DNA from: Eledone cirrhosa | Lineage: Eukaryota | Length of the DNA: 64,000 bases | Assembly: GCA_964016885.1 (NCBI GenBank) | Contig: OZ024743.1 | Location: 61,628,001-61,692,000, forward strand | Direction: 5' to 3' | Shown here: piece by piece, positions 42,816 to 57,296 of the stretch | Position numbering within the stretch: the stretch's first letter is position 1 | Layout: every line of letters begins with the position of its first letter | Position numbers and translations under genes: made by a program | Notes under the pieces: model-generated | What the model was told of the DNA's origin: nothing | What the model saw: only the letters and a program-made list of their open reading frames with translations | The model's database searches: none

Positions 42816-44959
42816 TTATCATGTTTTCAATTGACAGAGAATTTTGCATATATAGCTTTATTATACACTTCAGCAAATATTTAAAAGGAAAAGAGTACAA
42901 AAGAACAATGCATTCCCATAATGAATTATTAGCATAACACTTAAAAATTAGAAAAGAATTTTAACATTTCGGAAGGGAAATACAGAGGAAGGGAGATACA
43001 GAGAGAAAAGAGGAGCTGACGATAAGTGATGTCAGACGACAAACAAAAAGAAAAAGAGAAAACACAAATGAAATGAAGATTCTTGCCCAAGGACAAAACA
43101 CGCCATCAGGAATCGAACTCACGACAATACGATGGATGTTTAGAAATAGCAGAGGATATGTAAGTAAAAGAAGTATGTGAAAACAAATTAAACTGTGTGT
43201 GTGTGGGCGGTTGTTTGCGTATGTATGTTGGTATCAGTGTGTGGGGGTGTATGTCTATCTGCCGTTGTTATGAGTGTGTGTGTGTTTTGTGTCTACGTGT
43301 GAATAACATTGCTCTAGATAAGAGCAAATGTCAAACATTAGTGGTTGGTATATACTCCTAATGTAGGGGTGTAAGCAACTCATGTGCAAAAACTCCTAAT
43401 ACTGAGGAGTCGGTCTCATCTATATATATATATGTGGGTGGAGAGAAAGAGAGATTAGGGGTAGATAGAGGAGTGGAACGATAGATTGTATATACTGACA
43501 CACCGACAGACAGATGCTGAACTAGATTTTAAAAGCTCCACCTTCCATTTTTCCTGTTATAGTTAAGGTCATCTTAAAGAGACTAAGATAGACATAGATA
43601 GGGCCAGGTAAATCACTTTAGCTGGTTTTATTACACTGCCCTGTCATATAGATATTTTGTTACGGAAGGTATGTAGACCTTGGCATAAGGCAGGCAGATA
43701 ACTCGAGAGATAAAGCCACAAAGGATCTGGATAAATGTGTCATTGTTGTCGATTACAGCCCTTGGTTAATATGAATATATGTTATAGTATGGGCTTTAAG
43801 AGATTTAGTAAAGTTTAGGATTTCTTTTTAGTAAGGTTCCGATCGTATTAAAACACAGAATATATTTGTTCTTTTTATTCAATGGAAGTAGATTACGATG
43901 AGCAAATAATATTAATATCCCTCCACTTAAGCCTTTCAATACCAAATTGCCTGTAACCATAGCTGGTTCTGCAATGCAAAGCTGTTTGTTTTAGAATGTA
44001 TACAACTATGTAAATCCACCCATCAGAATTTCAAGTAAGAATTTTTTATGTTCCAAACACTAGCTTAATAATGCGTTAGTTATATTACTATATCTCTTCG
44101 ATTTTATACTGTTTTCGACATTAATTGAGAATCATAGGCATCATTAATAACCAAAGCTCAGCAGCATTATAAGCAATTATAGAAAAACTAATTAGTCGAC
44201 ATATATTCCTCTAGTGAATAGGATTATATTAAAAAGATCTAGCATATTGTCATTAAGTCGAGTAGTCGTGTAAGAGGTTCCATCATTGATTCGTCTCAAA
44301 GATGGTTATTTAACAGATCATTGTCATTTTCTGAGGATACAGATTCAACTGTATATTGAATTTAATGACAAGTAATAGAAGGCTCTTTGTATCTAGTAAC
44401 TTATTGTAAAAACCTTATTACCATTGCCTAGTCGTAAGGGTGCCCATTGTGATATACGGCGTGTTGTGATCATTTAAATTTGGCAAAGCCAATCTCTCGC
44501 CTCGTTTATACACAATCAATTTCTTCATAGAGAGAGAGAATAATCGAAACCAGTATACCGGCCTCGAAAGGAAGAAAGGTAAAAATGACATCAGCGACAT
44601 TTGAAATCAGAACGCAGTGAGCCGGAACGAATAACTTCGAATCGTTCTACCCGACATTCTAATGACACTGCTTATTTGCCGCCATGCAGACTATTACAGA
44701 CAGCTAAACATTCAATCTGACCTGGTAATCGAATTGACCACCGTCGTTAATAGAAGGTGTCGCTATACATTATGGGCGTAGTTCATTTGATATTTGAAAC
44801 TTCTGTATACGATATGTTATATTTAGTTTCTCGATCAATGGAATTGTCTGTACAAATAACTGTGTAATGTATGTATACACGTGTGTGTGTGTGTGTGTGC
44901 CCACGTAAGTGTATAGGTCTCTGTCAGTCTGTCTGTGTGTCTACGCGTCTATGTGAGTT

Positions 44960-45020
<61 letters not shown>

Positions 45021-47870
45021 ATTTATTGATGTGTGTAAATACTGATGTGTATGTGTATAGCGAGAGAACGTAGAGAGATGGAAGTGGTTAGACTAAATAA
45101 TTATTCGTATTAAGTCAATAGCAATTAAATAACATCAACGAAGAGTTTATGGAACAAAAAGTGGGAATTTAACGAAGTAAACTCCTCATAAAGTATATCA
45201 GTTCATCAAAAGTAGAGAAACTAACAAGACATAACAATAAATACCAAGTAACAACTTGCTGTCTCTGTGGAAATTCCAGTTTAATTAGAAAAAAATCGCC
45301 CAGTATTAAATAACACTAGACTACCCGTGATTCGTTGAGTAACGTTCGCTTCAAAATAAATTTTAAAAATCATGTTCACTTAAAAATAATTTTTAAATAA
45401 TTAAAATATACACAGGCATGTATATAATGTGAAATGAAACTGGAAGGCTCATATATATACGTGTGTGTATGTATATATATATATAAATGTGTGTGTGTAT
45501 GCATATATATATATGTATGCATGTGTGTATATATATATGTGGGTGTCTGTGATCTATATACACTGGCCATAGACACACACGCATATATATATATATATAT
45601 ATATATATACACGGACACTCACATATATATACACAACAACACCACCAGGTATCTCTCTCTTCCATTCTTTTTCTCTGTCTGCTTTCCCTCTCTCTATGTC
45701 TCTCTTTCAATCTACTCTCTCACAACCACTATCTTTTCCTCTCTATCTTTCTTTTTCGTTGTTTATGAAGGTACCCGGAAAAACCCCATATCTCAGGAAC
45801 TTGTGGTCTGATTTAGATTTACGCGAAACTTGTTTTATTCCATTTGTATTCCCATTTCAGGGTCAACCTCCTTTCAAAGTATTTTCCCATTATGCGCTCT
45901 TTTCGCTGTATTACATTACAGACAAGCAAGCAAGCAATCACAAACTTTTAGTATTATAAAGATGACATGTTTGTTTGTTTGTTTGTTTGTTAGAAAGACA
46001 GACACACAATATAAGGGGGTACTGAAAATACAGGAGGATCAGTTAATTATGATTTTATTCAACATGGATATTGCAGGGGCCCTTCAGTTTTTCTAAACCC
46101 TGTAAAAAGAACTCGGCAGGTTGGGCCTTCAAACAAGTCTCTGAAGCAGCGATCAAGCCAGTAACGTTTCAGCACACCCTCGTGTATTACTGCTACCACT
46201 TTTGCTCTTTCTCATACGTACAACGGTTACCATACCCTTTCCTGCACGACCGATGTTTTACACACAAACAGATTATTTCCAATTCATGCACAAAGTCAAC
46301 AATTAGTGAAGTATACCAATACAAGGATATTCCGTATCACGGCTATGGACAACGGAATGAAAAGAATGATGAAAATTAAAGGTTCGGTTCAAAGTTCCGA
46401 GAAGATTACCAAATACAATTATTGCCTAAAGAAGGCTGAAAGGCTGAACGGCTTAAACGTTATGATTATAAACAAGATGTGGGCATTCATCTGAATAATT
46501 CAGTGTATGGTAATGATTTCTAATTTAAGCATAAGGTCAGCAGTTTGTGGTGGTGGTGGGAGGGGGTAGTCGGTTAGATCAATTCCAGTACTTTCTTCAC
46601 TAGTACTTTATTTCATCAACCACGGAAGGATGAAAGGCAAAGTTAACCCCTCAGCAGGATTTGAACTCAAAGTCAAGAGCCCTAAATATTGCAAAATGTT
46701 TTGATCCGCGCATTAAACATTCTATCGCCAATCTATTGTCCTCAAATAAACATATAAACTCCTAATTTATGCTCAAGGTCAGCAATTTTGGGGTGACGAA
46801 AAAGTCGATGATCTCGACCTGATACTTGACCAGTACATTATTATATCGATCCTGGTATGATGAATGACAATGCTAATATCGGCGAGATTTGATCTCAGAA
46901 TGTAAAATAACCGTGACTAAATGTCGCAGAGCTTATTGTCCAGTAAACTAACTATTCTGTCAACCCACTGCCCTCAAATCAGCACAAACTGCAATATCAA
47001 ACATGGGAGCCATGTCATGGATCCCGTAGAGGCTTTTTCATGGTTGTATTTAAACCTGGTGACAACCACCCCCTACCAGATCTGTACTCAACCGAGAAGA
47101 AGAAAGAAAGGAGGAGGAGAGAAAAAGTGAGACAGAGGCAGAATCGCTCTCATTAGTTGACCTTAATAGGATATGAACACAGAGCGAAGAAACTTGTAGA
47201 AAATACTGTAAACTATTCTATCCGACGTCCTAACGATTCTCCCAATTGACTGCCTACTAAACAGAGATAATAAAAACCTATACTGGTAGACATTCTAAAA
47301 CTAAAACACTTTATTTCATTTTCGCACGCTGAGTTTCTCTAAGAAAACATGCTCAAGTGAGGGCATGTTGTTCCGTTAATTGCACAAACTGGAACACTCA
47401 TTGACGGAACCGCTCGAGGTCTAAAATATGCACAACAAAAATGTTGCTAAACAAATAAAACTATACAAAGAAGCCTTATATAAACGTAGAAAACAAAACC
47501 CCATACAATGAAACATAGTATAATGCTGCTTAAACTATAGAAAAACAACCGAATATTATTGTGAATATCAAATATCGCATATATGAAAAAAATATCTCTT
47601 TTCTTTCCTTCCACCACATACACACACTCTAGCAACGATCTATCTCTGTTTGTCATTGTTTGTTTTTCACGTTGATCATTTGATATAACAGTGACGGGGT
47701 TCTGTATCACAACTTCCTGTCACCTTTCCATCTTTAAAACTACCTTCCTGTCACCTTTCTGCCCTAAAAAAAATTATCTACTTGTTCTTTTCCTTGCTTC
47801 TTTCATTCCGCCTTCCACTGAAACTTTCAATCAATTCTTTATCTAGTGATTTTTCACTGTCTTTTGTTAA

Positions 47871-47903
<33 letters not shown>

Positions 47904-47942
47904 GATATATATATATATATATATATATTTACACATATATAT

Positions 47943-47987
<45 letters not shown>

Positions 47988-48028
47988 CACATATATATCA
48001 ATATATCAATATAGATATATAAATATAC

Positions 48029-48059
<31 letters not shown>

Positions 48060-48066
48060 AATATAC

Positions 48067-48121
<55 letters not shown>

Positions 48122-48128
48122 AATATAC

Positions 48129-48167
<39 letters not shown>

Positions 48168-48172
48168 AATAC

Positions 48173-48535
48173 ATATTGTTATACTTTGGGAGGGTCATGT
48201 TGCCAATAAGAAACACACGCACCAGTTGCTTTCACTTCAATTTATTATAATAAATTTATAATAAATTTATAAATTTATAAATGTCTGGTTGGTTGGTTGG
48301 TTCCACAACCAGATAGTTGTTTATATATTGTCATAGTTCTTTCGTCACACACTCTGTGACCTCGTCAGTGACTGGGGATTCCTTTCTTTGTTTCTGTGCC
48401 TCTCCTTTGTTCTGTCCTACGCCATTTTGCGTGTGTTTCATATTGGCAACATGACCCTCCCAAAGTATAACAATATCGGTTTCAACACACGATTTCAGAT
48501 AAAGAATCTTGCTAAACAAATTCAGAAACGAAATA
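48173..48535. mobile_element. Second copy of the 41-kb family with a shorter right arm; HHR at 48330-48372(-)
   Basis: gtca-CTGACGA-ggtcacagagtgtgtgac-GAAA-gaac-TA-tgac. Confidence 0.8.
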
Positions 48536-48592
48536 TATAAATACATATATACATATATATACATATATATACATATATATATACATATATAC

Positions 48593-48679
<87 letters not shown>

Positions 48680-48825
48680 TGTACATATATATATACATAC
48701 ATGCATGGACCTGTAACTCCTGAGGGAGTCGTTGGGTCACCGTATTAACAATCGGCGCTTTAGGGACATTTTAAAACCTGGCGGAGTTCATCTCCTCTCC
48801 AGAATATATGTATATAAATAAATAG

Positions 48826-48919
<94 letters not shown>

Positions 48920-48959
48920 GCGAGTAGGGGGCGAGGGCTGTGTGATTACTGAAAACGAA

Positions 48960-49127
48960 GTGTTAGAAGGTAATCGAGCCACAAACAACAGAAGAAAAGT
49001 TTCCCTTCCAGCTGTTTACTACGGATCTTGGATGTTTCGAAGCGCCGATACATCCAAGATCTGTAGCAAACAGCTGACAAAGGGAAACTTTTTTCTCTTG
49101 TCTGTGTCACGATTACCTTCTAACACT
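48960..49127. repeat. Imperfect fold-back, ~75-bp arms
   Basis: gtgttagaaggtaatcg..ggatgt / acatcc..cgattaccttctaacac; only an eroded HHR-like trace. Confidence 0.75.
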
Positions 49128-49129
49128 AG

Positions 49130-49161
<32 letters not shown>

Positions 49162-49684
49162 AAAAGGTAAACACAAATAACAACACAATCGGTACAGTAT
49201 ATGGAAGGGATATATTAGGTTAACGCTTGATATAGCAGGAAGAGCGTGGTAACGTTTCTGACGGTAGTCCTTCATCAGAAGAAAGAATTAGAAATAAGAT
49301 AGATTGAGGGGACGGGTGGGTTGGAATTGGAAAAAAATGTCTGTATTAAAAATAACAGGTCCATTCATGTTGACATCTCTTGCAAAAATGACAGATACAG
49401 TATCTTGAAGCCAGTTATAAACACAGCCAAGTTTCAACCGTTGAACTGTTTCAAATAAGATGTCTCTGATTTCCTACCACTCCCATGATGCTGTTGAACG
49501 CGTGAAAAATACGCCACTCATATAACTATTCTTTTTCTGAAGAAAGACGTGATTGTTTTTAAATGTTGATACGTGGATACATGGATTTAGGAAAGCTACT
49601 GCTCCAAATACGAAGCATCTTTAATAAAGATGATCAAATTGGAACTTAGCCGTGTTTCCAATATAATGTTTGAAAGAAAAGCTG

Positions 49685-49754
<70 letters not shown>

Positions 49755-49839
49755 GTATCAGCCGTACTAAGAGTGAGAAATGAAATTTCATTTTTTCCAT
49801 TCATATATATATACATACATATATATACATATATATTCT

Positions 49840-50542
49840 ATCCACTGAATATATTTTTGTATAAGTTCCCTGTGTCCACGCATCGCCAGGTATCTTAGCT
49901 GAGAATGACTCCTTGATGACGAAAAGGTTTCTCCATGTTCTCATGTATATTCCCTTTCAGAAACTAATTAGTTGGAGTGAAATTTAAGTAAGTAAGCTAA
50001 TTACTATAATTTTCTTATTTTACGTTTTTCATATAATTGTTCTGCATCCCCTTGCATTGAACCACAAAGTTACTAAGACAAAACCTATATATTTGCTTGC
50101 ATAGGTATACATCTGTATAAATATGTTGGTAGATATACTAATTTTTCATAATTATCTCCAAATTATTTTGTTGAGCAAAAATTTGCCAAAATTACTACTA
50201 TAGTTCATAGTAACAGCTTGGCTACTGTCATTTTAACACCCGACTCCTCACTGATTAACCTCGATGTCACGTGATTGATTCTTTTGAATTTGCCACCGAA
50301 CAAGACTGCAGTGATTTTTTCAGTGTCCTGGAATTTAGTCCCCACTTGCTCTCTTCCATCCACTGAATATATTTTTGTATAAGTTCCCTGTGTCCACGCA
50401 TCGCCAGGTATCTTAGCTGAGAATGACTCCCTGATGACGAAAATGTTTCTCCATGTTCTATATGTATATTCCCTTTCAGAAACTAATTAGTTGGAGTGAA
50501 ATTTAAGTAAGTAAGCTAATTACTATAATTTTCTTATTTTTT
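49840..50542 (+). mobile_element. Partial tandem HHR unit (period ~518 bp, ~185-bp direct repeats); HHRs at 49908-49978 (C3U only) and 50426-50497
   Basis: actcc-CTGATGA-cgaaa..tttca-GAAA-ctaattag-TT-ggagt. Confidence 0.8.
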
Positions 50543-50543
50543 C

Positions 50544-50614
<71 letters not shown>

Positions 50615-50644
50615 TGTGTGTGTGTGTGTATGTATGTATATATA

Positions 50645-51065
50645 TATGAATGGAAAAAATGAAATTTCATTTCTCACTCTTAGTACAGCTGATACTTAGA
50701 TATAAGTATGTATACGTACATACATATATGTATACAGACGTACACTAGTATGTATATACATACATGCACACATATATATATATATACGTATGGGTTTACA
50801 GAACATTTATTATAATGTTCAGTTTGTTTGTAAACAAAACGCCCGAATTATTAGCCGTACAGTGTTCGGCAACCATCGTTGCCATTTTGTTCAACACTGA
50901 CACAGGAACGATGAACTAGTTTCTAGCTTATTTGCTGTCATCAGCACCGTATACCTTCCTGTCAGTTGATTGAACGTTTGAAAGTATATACTTTCCTTAT
51001 GCATATTAACGGCTGAGCAGCCTAATTTGCATATCGAGTGAGATAGTCGGCCGGGCGTACCGAAA
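50645..51065 (-). mobile_element. Dispersed monomer of the 428-bp HHR family; HHR at 50908-50950; short inverted arm at 49755-49805
   Basis: Matches the units in 5706-7647. Confidence 0.85.
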
Positions 51066-51857
51066 TTCTGATAATAATTCTAAATATTCTGATAATAATT
51101 GTAAACATTATATAAAATGCATATACTGTTGGTGATATGCGAATAAATTGTGGTAAATATCCTTATACATATTTAATATGTTTGTAAACTTGCTTGATAG
51201 GTAAAAATGTTTTTGATTTTTGAATTTTGTAACAAAATATTGAATATATTTATTAATTGAACTAATCTGATTATTATAGAAAATATTTTATATTGTTTAA
51301 TTCTGATATAATATAATAGTATAATTTGCTCAAACATAACCAAATACAAAAGATATTAAAAATGTTACGTTATTTAATTGGTCGCTTCTATTTGACTTAA
51401 TATTTGAAAACATCGATCACACATCATGTCCATTTCTTCTTTCTTTCTTTCTTTCATTCTTTCTTTCATTCTTTCCTTTTTGCAGTTATGTCCTCCAATC
51501 TCTCTCTTCTATCTCCCTCTCCCTCCTTCTTCTATCTTCTCCTTTTTATCTCTTCTTCCTTCTTCTCTTATATCTATTCTCTCTCTCTCTCTTCCCTTTC
51601 TTCCCTAACATGGATATTTAGGCATTTAAATATTTAACATTTATGTACGTATGGGTTTATTTATTTCTCCTATACTTTCTCATACTCACCCTCTCCTTAT
51701 ACTTATATCTCGCTCCACATCCTCTTCTTCATCATATTTAGTTTGTCATGTTATTATTTGTGGTATATAAATATTGAGATTTGTTGTAATAAATCACTGC
51801 CAAGTCTGAAATTGAACCATCAAGACAGTTGAGGTATGTCGTACATCAATTTATGTA

Positions 51858-51919
51858 TTTTATCTGATGAGGACGTACTGAAAAAACAGCACAGTACCTC
51901 CGAAATATATATAATAAAA
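51858..51919 (+). ncRNA. Type I hammerhead ribozyme
   Basis: ttttat-CTGATGA-gga-c-gtactg..cagtac-c-tcc-GAAA-tatata-TA-ataaaa. Confidence 0.85.
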
Positions 51920-52063
51920 CATATATTTTGATTATGTGAACGTCTTCATTTATTAATATTGTGAATAATATTAATAACTCCAGAAAACTTCATCGTAGAG
52001 TGCTTTTAATCTATTGTAAAACTATATTCATTGAGTAATCAATGAATCATATTAATCTTTGGT

Positions 52064-52096
<33 letters not shown>

Positions 52097-52132
52097 TATT
52101 AAATATATATATATATATATTACTAAATATAT

Positions 52133-52169
<37 letters not shown>

Positions 52170-52179
<10 letters not shown>

Positions 52180-52945
52180 TGTATATATAATGTATTTTGC
52201 AATACACTTTATGCTTAATTAAAAGCATTTTGAAGACCGTATGCTATTGTTTTAGAGTAGTGACAAACTCACTTACTTTAATCTCAGCAAACAGGGGGAG
52301 ATAAAGCCGACAGGGCCTTGTTTCTGCATTTTTTTATGCTTATCAAGGCTAACTACTCCCTCCCGTCTACTGAGATAACTGATGTTATATTCTTATTGAA
52401 TTCAAGTAAATAATCAGGAACTGATTATACAGAGCGGTTGCCGGTCTGGCAGAAATTAAAAATTTGAATTGGAGCTCTGAAATAGCCATATATATATATG
52501 AATGTATATATAATGTATTTTGCAATACACTTTATGCTTAATTAATTAAGCATAAAGTGTATTACAAAATACATTATATATACATTCATATATATATATA
52601 TGGCTATTTCAGAGCTCCAATTCAAATTTTTAATTTCTGCCAGACCGGCAACCGCTCTGTATAATCAGTTCCTGATTATTTACTTGAATTCAATAAGAAT
52701 ATAACATCAGTTATCTCAGTAGACGGGAGGGAGTAGTTAGCCTTGATAAGCATAAAAAATGCAGAAACAAGGCCCTGTCGGCTTTATCTCCCCCTGTTTG
52801 CTGAGATTAAAGTAAGTGAGTTTGTCACTACTCTAAAACAATAGCATACGGTCTTCAAAATGCTTTTAATTAAGCATAAAGTGTATTGCAAAATACATTA
52901 TATATACATTCTTATATATATGGCTATTTCAGAGCTCCGATTCTA
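52170..52945. mobile_element. Spacerless ~370-bp-arm palindrome of a ~323-bp tandem unit; U3-A8 HHRs at 52305-52350(-) and 52739-52783(+)
   Basis: Centre ttaattaattaa ~52543; agcc-TTGATAA-gcataaaaaatgca-GAAA-caaggccctg-TC-ggct. Confidence 0.85.
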
Positions 52946-52997
<52 letters not shown>

Positions 52998-53291
52998 CAC
53001 GAAGCATTCTATCCGACATTTTAATGGCTTTATTCTGCCCATTCTTCCATCCCTTTAATGAATGTACCAAACTACCACCATTCCTTATGTAATTATATAT
53101 GAAACATCAGTACTAACATCGGGGGAAAATATGTTCTACCTAAAATACTCTGTGAACCAAATGTATCTTAAAATATTTCAAATTAATTCTTCCTCTCTTC
53201 ATTCCTGGAAATATTTCTAATGGAGAAAAAAACATCATTTGTTCATTTCCTGTTTTCGTTTTACAAAACACTACTGAAATGTTAGTCCTAG

Positions 53292-53357
<66 letters not shown>

Positions 53358-54169
53358 CACACACACATATATTCACATACATACATGCATACACATACAC
53401 ACATACATACACAAACATACGTTATATGCGTGTGATGCCTCAACATCATCCATTAGTAGTTAGTCGCTGTATTTCCCTGAATGCATAATGTTTTAATAAC
53501 ATACATGTTGAAACGGATGTTAGTTGTTATTTCATTTCAAATATATCTTAAATACGGTTTTTGGCATTACGTCGAGCATAATAGCGGCTGTTTAAATATT
53601 CGAAGGATTAACATTACGACCAGGTTTCAATATGACGGTAGATAGAATTGCTTCTTATTTTACCTACCAGAAGTAAATCCATGAACACCTCAAATTTTCC
53701 TTTCCTCATTTTCTGTGTGTGTTGAACTGCAGATGGATCCGACAACAAATGTTCTATTACTTCGAATAATATTAACAGCCTGTCCGTGAAATTAACGTGG
53801 AAGTGGTTAAGAATTCCACAGAGATGTGTACATAAAAATTTATTCTCAGAGAGTTTCAGTTTGTGTGGTGCTTTTTTCTTTTACTTGTATAGTCATGAGT
53901 TGTTAGGCATGGTTGCGTTAAGAGAAATCATTTATATACATATATATGGTGAGTGTGTGTGTGTTTTAATTATAGATACATGTCACTCTATGCCAGATGT
54001 GTTGACTGGAGCTATGTGAAATAAAGACGTACTCAAAGTAACAACACGTCGCCGTGAATTGGACTCACGATCTTATGATCTTCATCCGCATACACTAAGC
54101 AGTAACCCACGCGCCTTCAACTCTTCTACGTTTTGATGTTTATCACTGTTGTGCTGAAGGCCTGGTAGG

Positions 54170-56300
54170 GCGCCGAATGACTGAAAGACTCCTTGGTTCA
54201 ATCAAATGTTCAAGGATGCCATCCGAGCAAAGGAGGCTTACAAAGCTTGGCTTGGAAATAAGTCCTCCTTGTTGTACCTGCGGTACAAGCAGGCACGTCA
54301 AACCGCATCAGAGAGAGTTAAAGCGTCTAAAGTTAAGACATGGGAGGACTTTGGGATTAAGCTGGATTCCGACTTCAGATCAGCAAATAAAGTGTTCTGG
54401 CAGACCATCCGCCGACATCGTAATAAAAAGCCCTCCTCCACACCTGCTATCAAAGACGCATGTGGGGTTCTCCTCTCTTCAGAGAGATGCACCCTCGCGA
54501 GGTGGAGAGACTACTTTGCTGATATCCTAAAGCCGATCACAACAGCATTTCGCATGTACACGCATCTGGCAGCGGAGACTAATCTCTCAGAGGCTGGAGT
54601 CACAAGAGCAGTTAAAGGTCTCAAATATGGCAAAGCCATATGAAATCCGGCCCGAGATGGTAAAAGCCTTAAATAGAAAAGGTATTCTTTGGCTTACTCG
54701 TGTGTACCGGGTGGCCTGAATCTATGAAGGGGCACCTAAGCAAGGTTTGCGGTTGTACCCCTGGCAGTGGAGACTTCTGGTGTCCTCGGCCCTAGGGCTA
54801 CCTCCCTACTCACCACCATAGGCGCTGAGCTTGCCAGCCGCAGGTGTGAACCCCGTGAGTTGGAGTGGCTTTTCCAGCGCGTCTCCCTTGCCGTCCTCCG
54901 GTAAAACGCCTTCTCCATCCCGTTAGCCGGGGCTGTGGGAGGGCCCCATCGCGTAACATACCATATTTAAGTAAGTAAAAGTAAATATGTATGTCCATCT
55001 ATATACACTATATACTTTTTAATGATCAAAAGTTAAACAACAACAGTAACAGAAACCTAAGCAATGGCAATCGGGAGTGATAATCCCAATTTTCAAAAAG
55101 GGATACGAGAGATATTGTTCCAATGATAGAGGGATCTCCTTATTTAGTCTCCCCGGTAAAGTCTATGTTAAGTGTCTGGCAAAGAGATGCAGGGAGATTG
55201 TTGAGTCCAAGCAAGCTGATGAACAGTGTGGCTTTTGCCCCGGATGCAGCACAGCCGACCAAATATTAACACCGCGACGGGTATTCGAGAAACCATGGGG
55301 GTATTGTCAGGAAGTATATTCTTGTTTTGTCGACCTTGAGAAGGCATATGACCGCGTTCCGTGGGACCTGCTGTGGAAGGTTGTTCAGGAATACGAGATT
55401 GATGGTCAGCTTCTAGCCTAGGTATTTTTGTTCGGATAAATGAGGCGAAATCGAAACCATTCAACGTGCGAGTCGGACTCCACCAAGGGTGCGTACTGTC
55501 ACCTCTCCTGTTCATTATTTACATGAACAGGATTGACATGCGCAGCTGGGTTGGAAGTGGTATCATGACTGGTGGGTGTAAAATCTTTGATTTGCACTTG
55601 ATAGATTTGATGACGAATGATGCGAAAACTGCGACACTCGTCCTCTCAAGGAAGCCTGTGCAGTGATCGCTACATGTGAATGGAGTTCCATGGAAGCAGA
55701 TAGAGAAGTTCACGTATCTCGGGGTCGTGTTCACGAGTGATGGAAGGCAGAAGGCTAAATTAAGTGGAAAAATTGCAGTAGTTGGTGCAGTAATGCGCCA
55801 GCTTCAGCTTTCAGTAATCAGAAGAAGCGGGTAGGCGTAAAAGCCAAATTCGCTGTCTTCAATCGATTTTTATGCCAACCCTTACCTATGGTCATGAATC
55901 TTTGGTAATGACCGAAAGAATACGATCACGAATATAAGCGGCCGAAATGGGATTCCTCCGAAGGGTCTTTGGAGTAACGTTATTCGATAAAGTGCGTAGC
56001 TCGGAGATCAGAGAGTCACTCCTGGTAGAGCTGCTACTTCTCTGAATTGAGAGATCACAGCTCCTATACTATGGGCATGTGGTTATAATGTCTCAGAAAA
56101 GAATCGTTGGGCAGATTTTACAGGTAAAACCAGCCGGCAAGAGACCCAGTGGTAGATCCCGAACAAAATGGTTGGATAACATCCATGAACTTGCCTGGTC
56201 TTGCTTGGGGAGCCAGCCGGATCAGTTGGACCCGCTGAATGGAGTGTTTGAGGACTTTGCCCCCAATACCATCTAGAGAATAAATGGGCGAAGAAGAAGA
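54170..56300 (+). pseudogene. Degenerate 5'-truncated RTE-clade LINE RT (family distinct from 23765-27090)
   Basis: RWRDYF; IIPIFKKG..RGISL; FVDLEKAYDRVP; GLHQGCVLSPLLF; FTYLG; (GAA)n tail; many stops and frameshifts. Confidence 0.9.
54744..55054 (+). mobile_element. 3' fragment of a CRE-like (restriction-like endonuclease) non-LTR retrotransposon nested in the RTE
   Basis: TSD acctaagcaa at 54734-54743 and 55055-55064; translates VPLAVETSGVLGPRA..LFQRVSLAVLR*NAFSI; (AAC)-rich tail. Confidence 0.75.
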
Positions 56301-57296
56301 GGTGCAAATGAAAACATTTTCCAATGAAGCTTATTAATAATAATACTTACATAAGATTCTGTGGAAGGCATGGACGGCTAACATTTTGAATCCTGCCACC
56401 ACCAATAACAGCCAAGATAGATTGCTCTTAATAAACTATTTTACCGAACTGTTAGTATCATACTGACTTGTATTTCAGTCTTAAGTAGCAGACATGCAGT
56501 GAAACTGATCAATGTATCAAATGCGTGCAGTTAAAAGTAAACTGAGCCTTAAAACAGACAATATTGAGAGACAGACTGCTGAGTGTCTGAAGCGTATTCT
56601 CCGTTTATTTCAGTTTTCCGTGATATTTTTATCAGCTTTTTCATTTTTCGTACACAGCCTACATGGTCATTTCGTCTCTGTCCGCAGTACTCAATTCAAA
56701 TCTATTTGTTTCACAGAAATAACATGGCCACTTAACGCGCAAGAGCATATGCTTTACGTGAAGAATCACGAACTCTTAACTATATTAAGGTCGACTCTTC
56801 AACGATGTCCTAAAAAAATTCGACAGAGATATAGGACTAGAAATTAACATTGCTACTGGCATCTGACTAGCGGAGTGATAATTAAATTAATTGTGATATA
56901 TAAATAATCACACACAGAATATATTCTGATGTAAATTTTCACAATTCTGTATAAACGGGGACTCTTTCTAGTAGAGGAAGTACCCTAACCACTGAGCTAT
57001 GCGCCTTCACACTCGGTCTAAAGACAACATAAATAAATATTTTAATGTTCCTCCGAACGCAAAAATTCGTTAAAATTAATTTTCTTTGATAGACGTCTGG
57101 AGGCCTAAAGGCTATGTAAGCGGATGTTTACATATTTAGTAGGGGCTACCTTCTTTTCAATGTTTCCAGATTTGTATAATATTTGAGCAACAGTAAGATA
57201 TGATTATTTACTTAACTTAATTAGGCCTATATATACAAAGGTACACACACACACACACACAAAGACACACACACATACACACACATATATATATAT

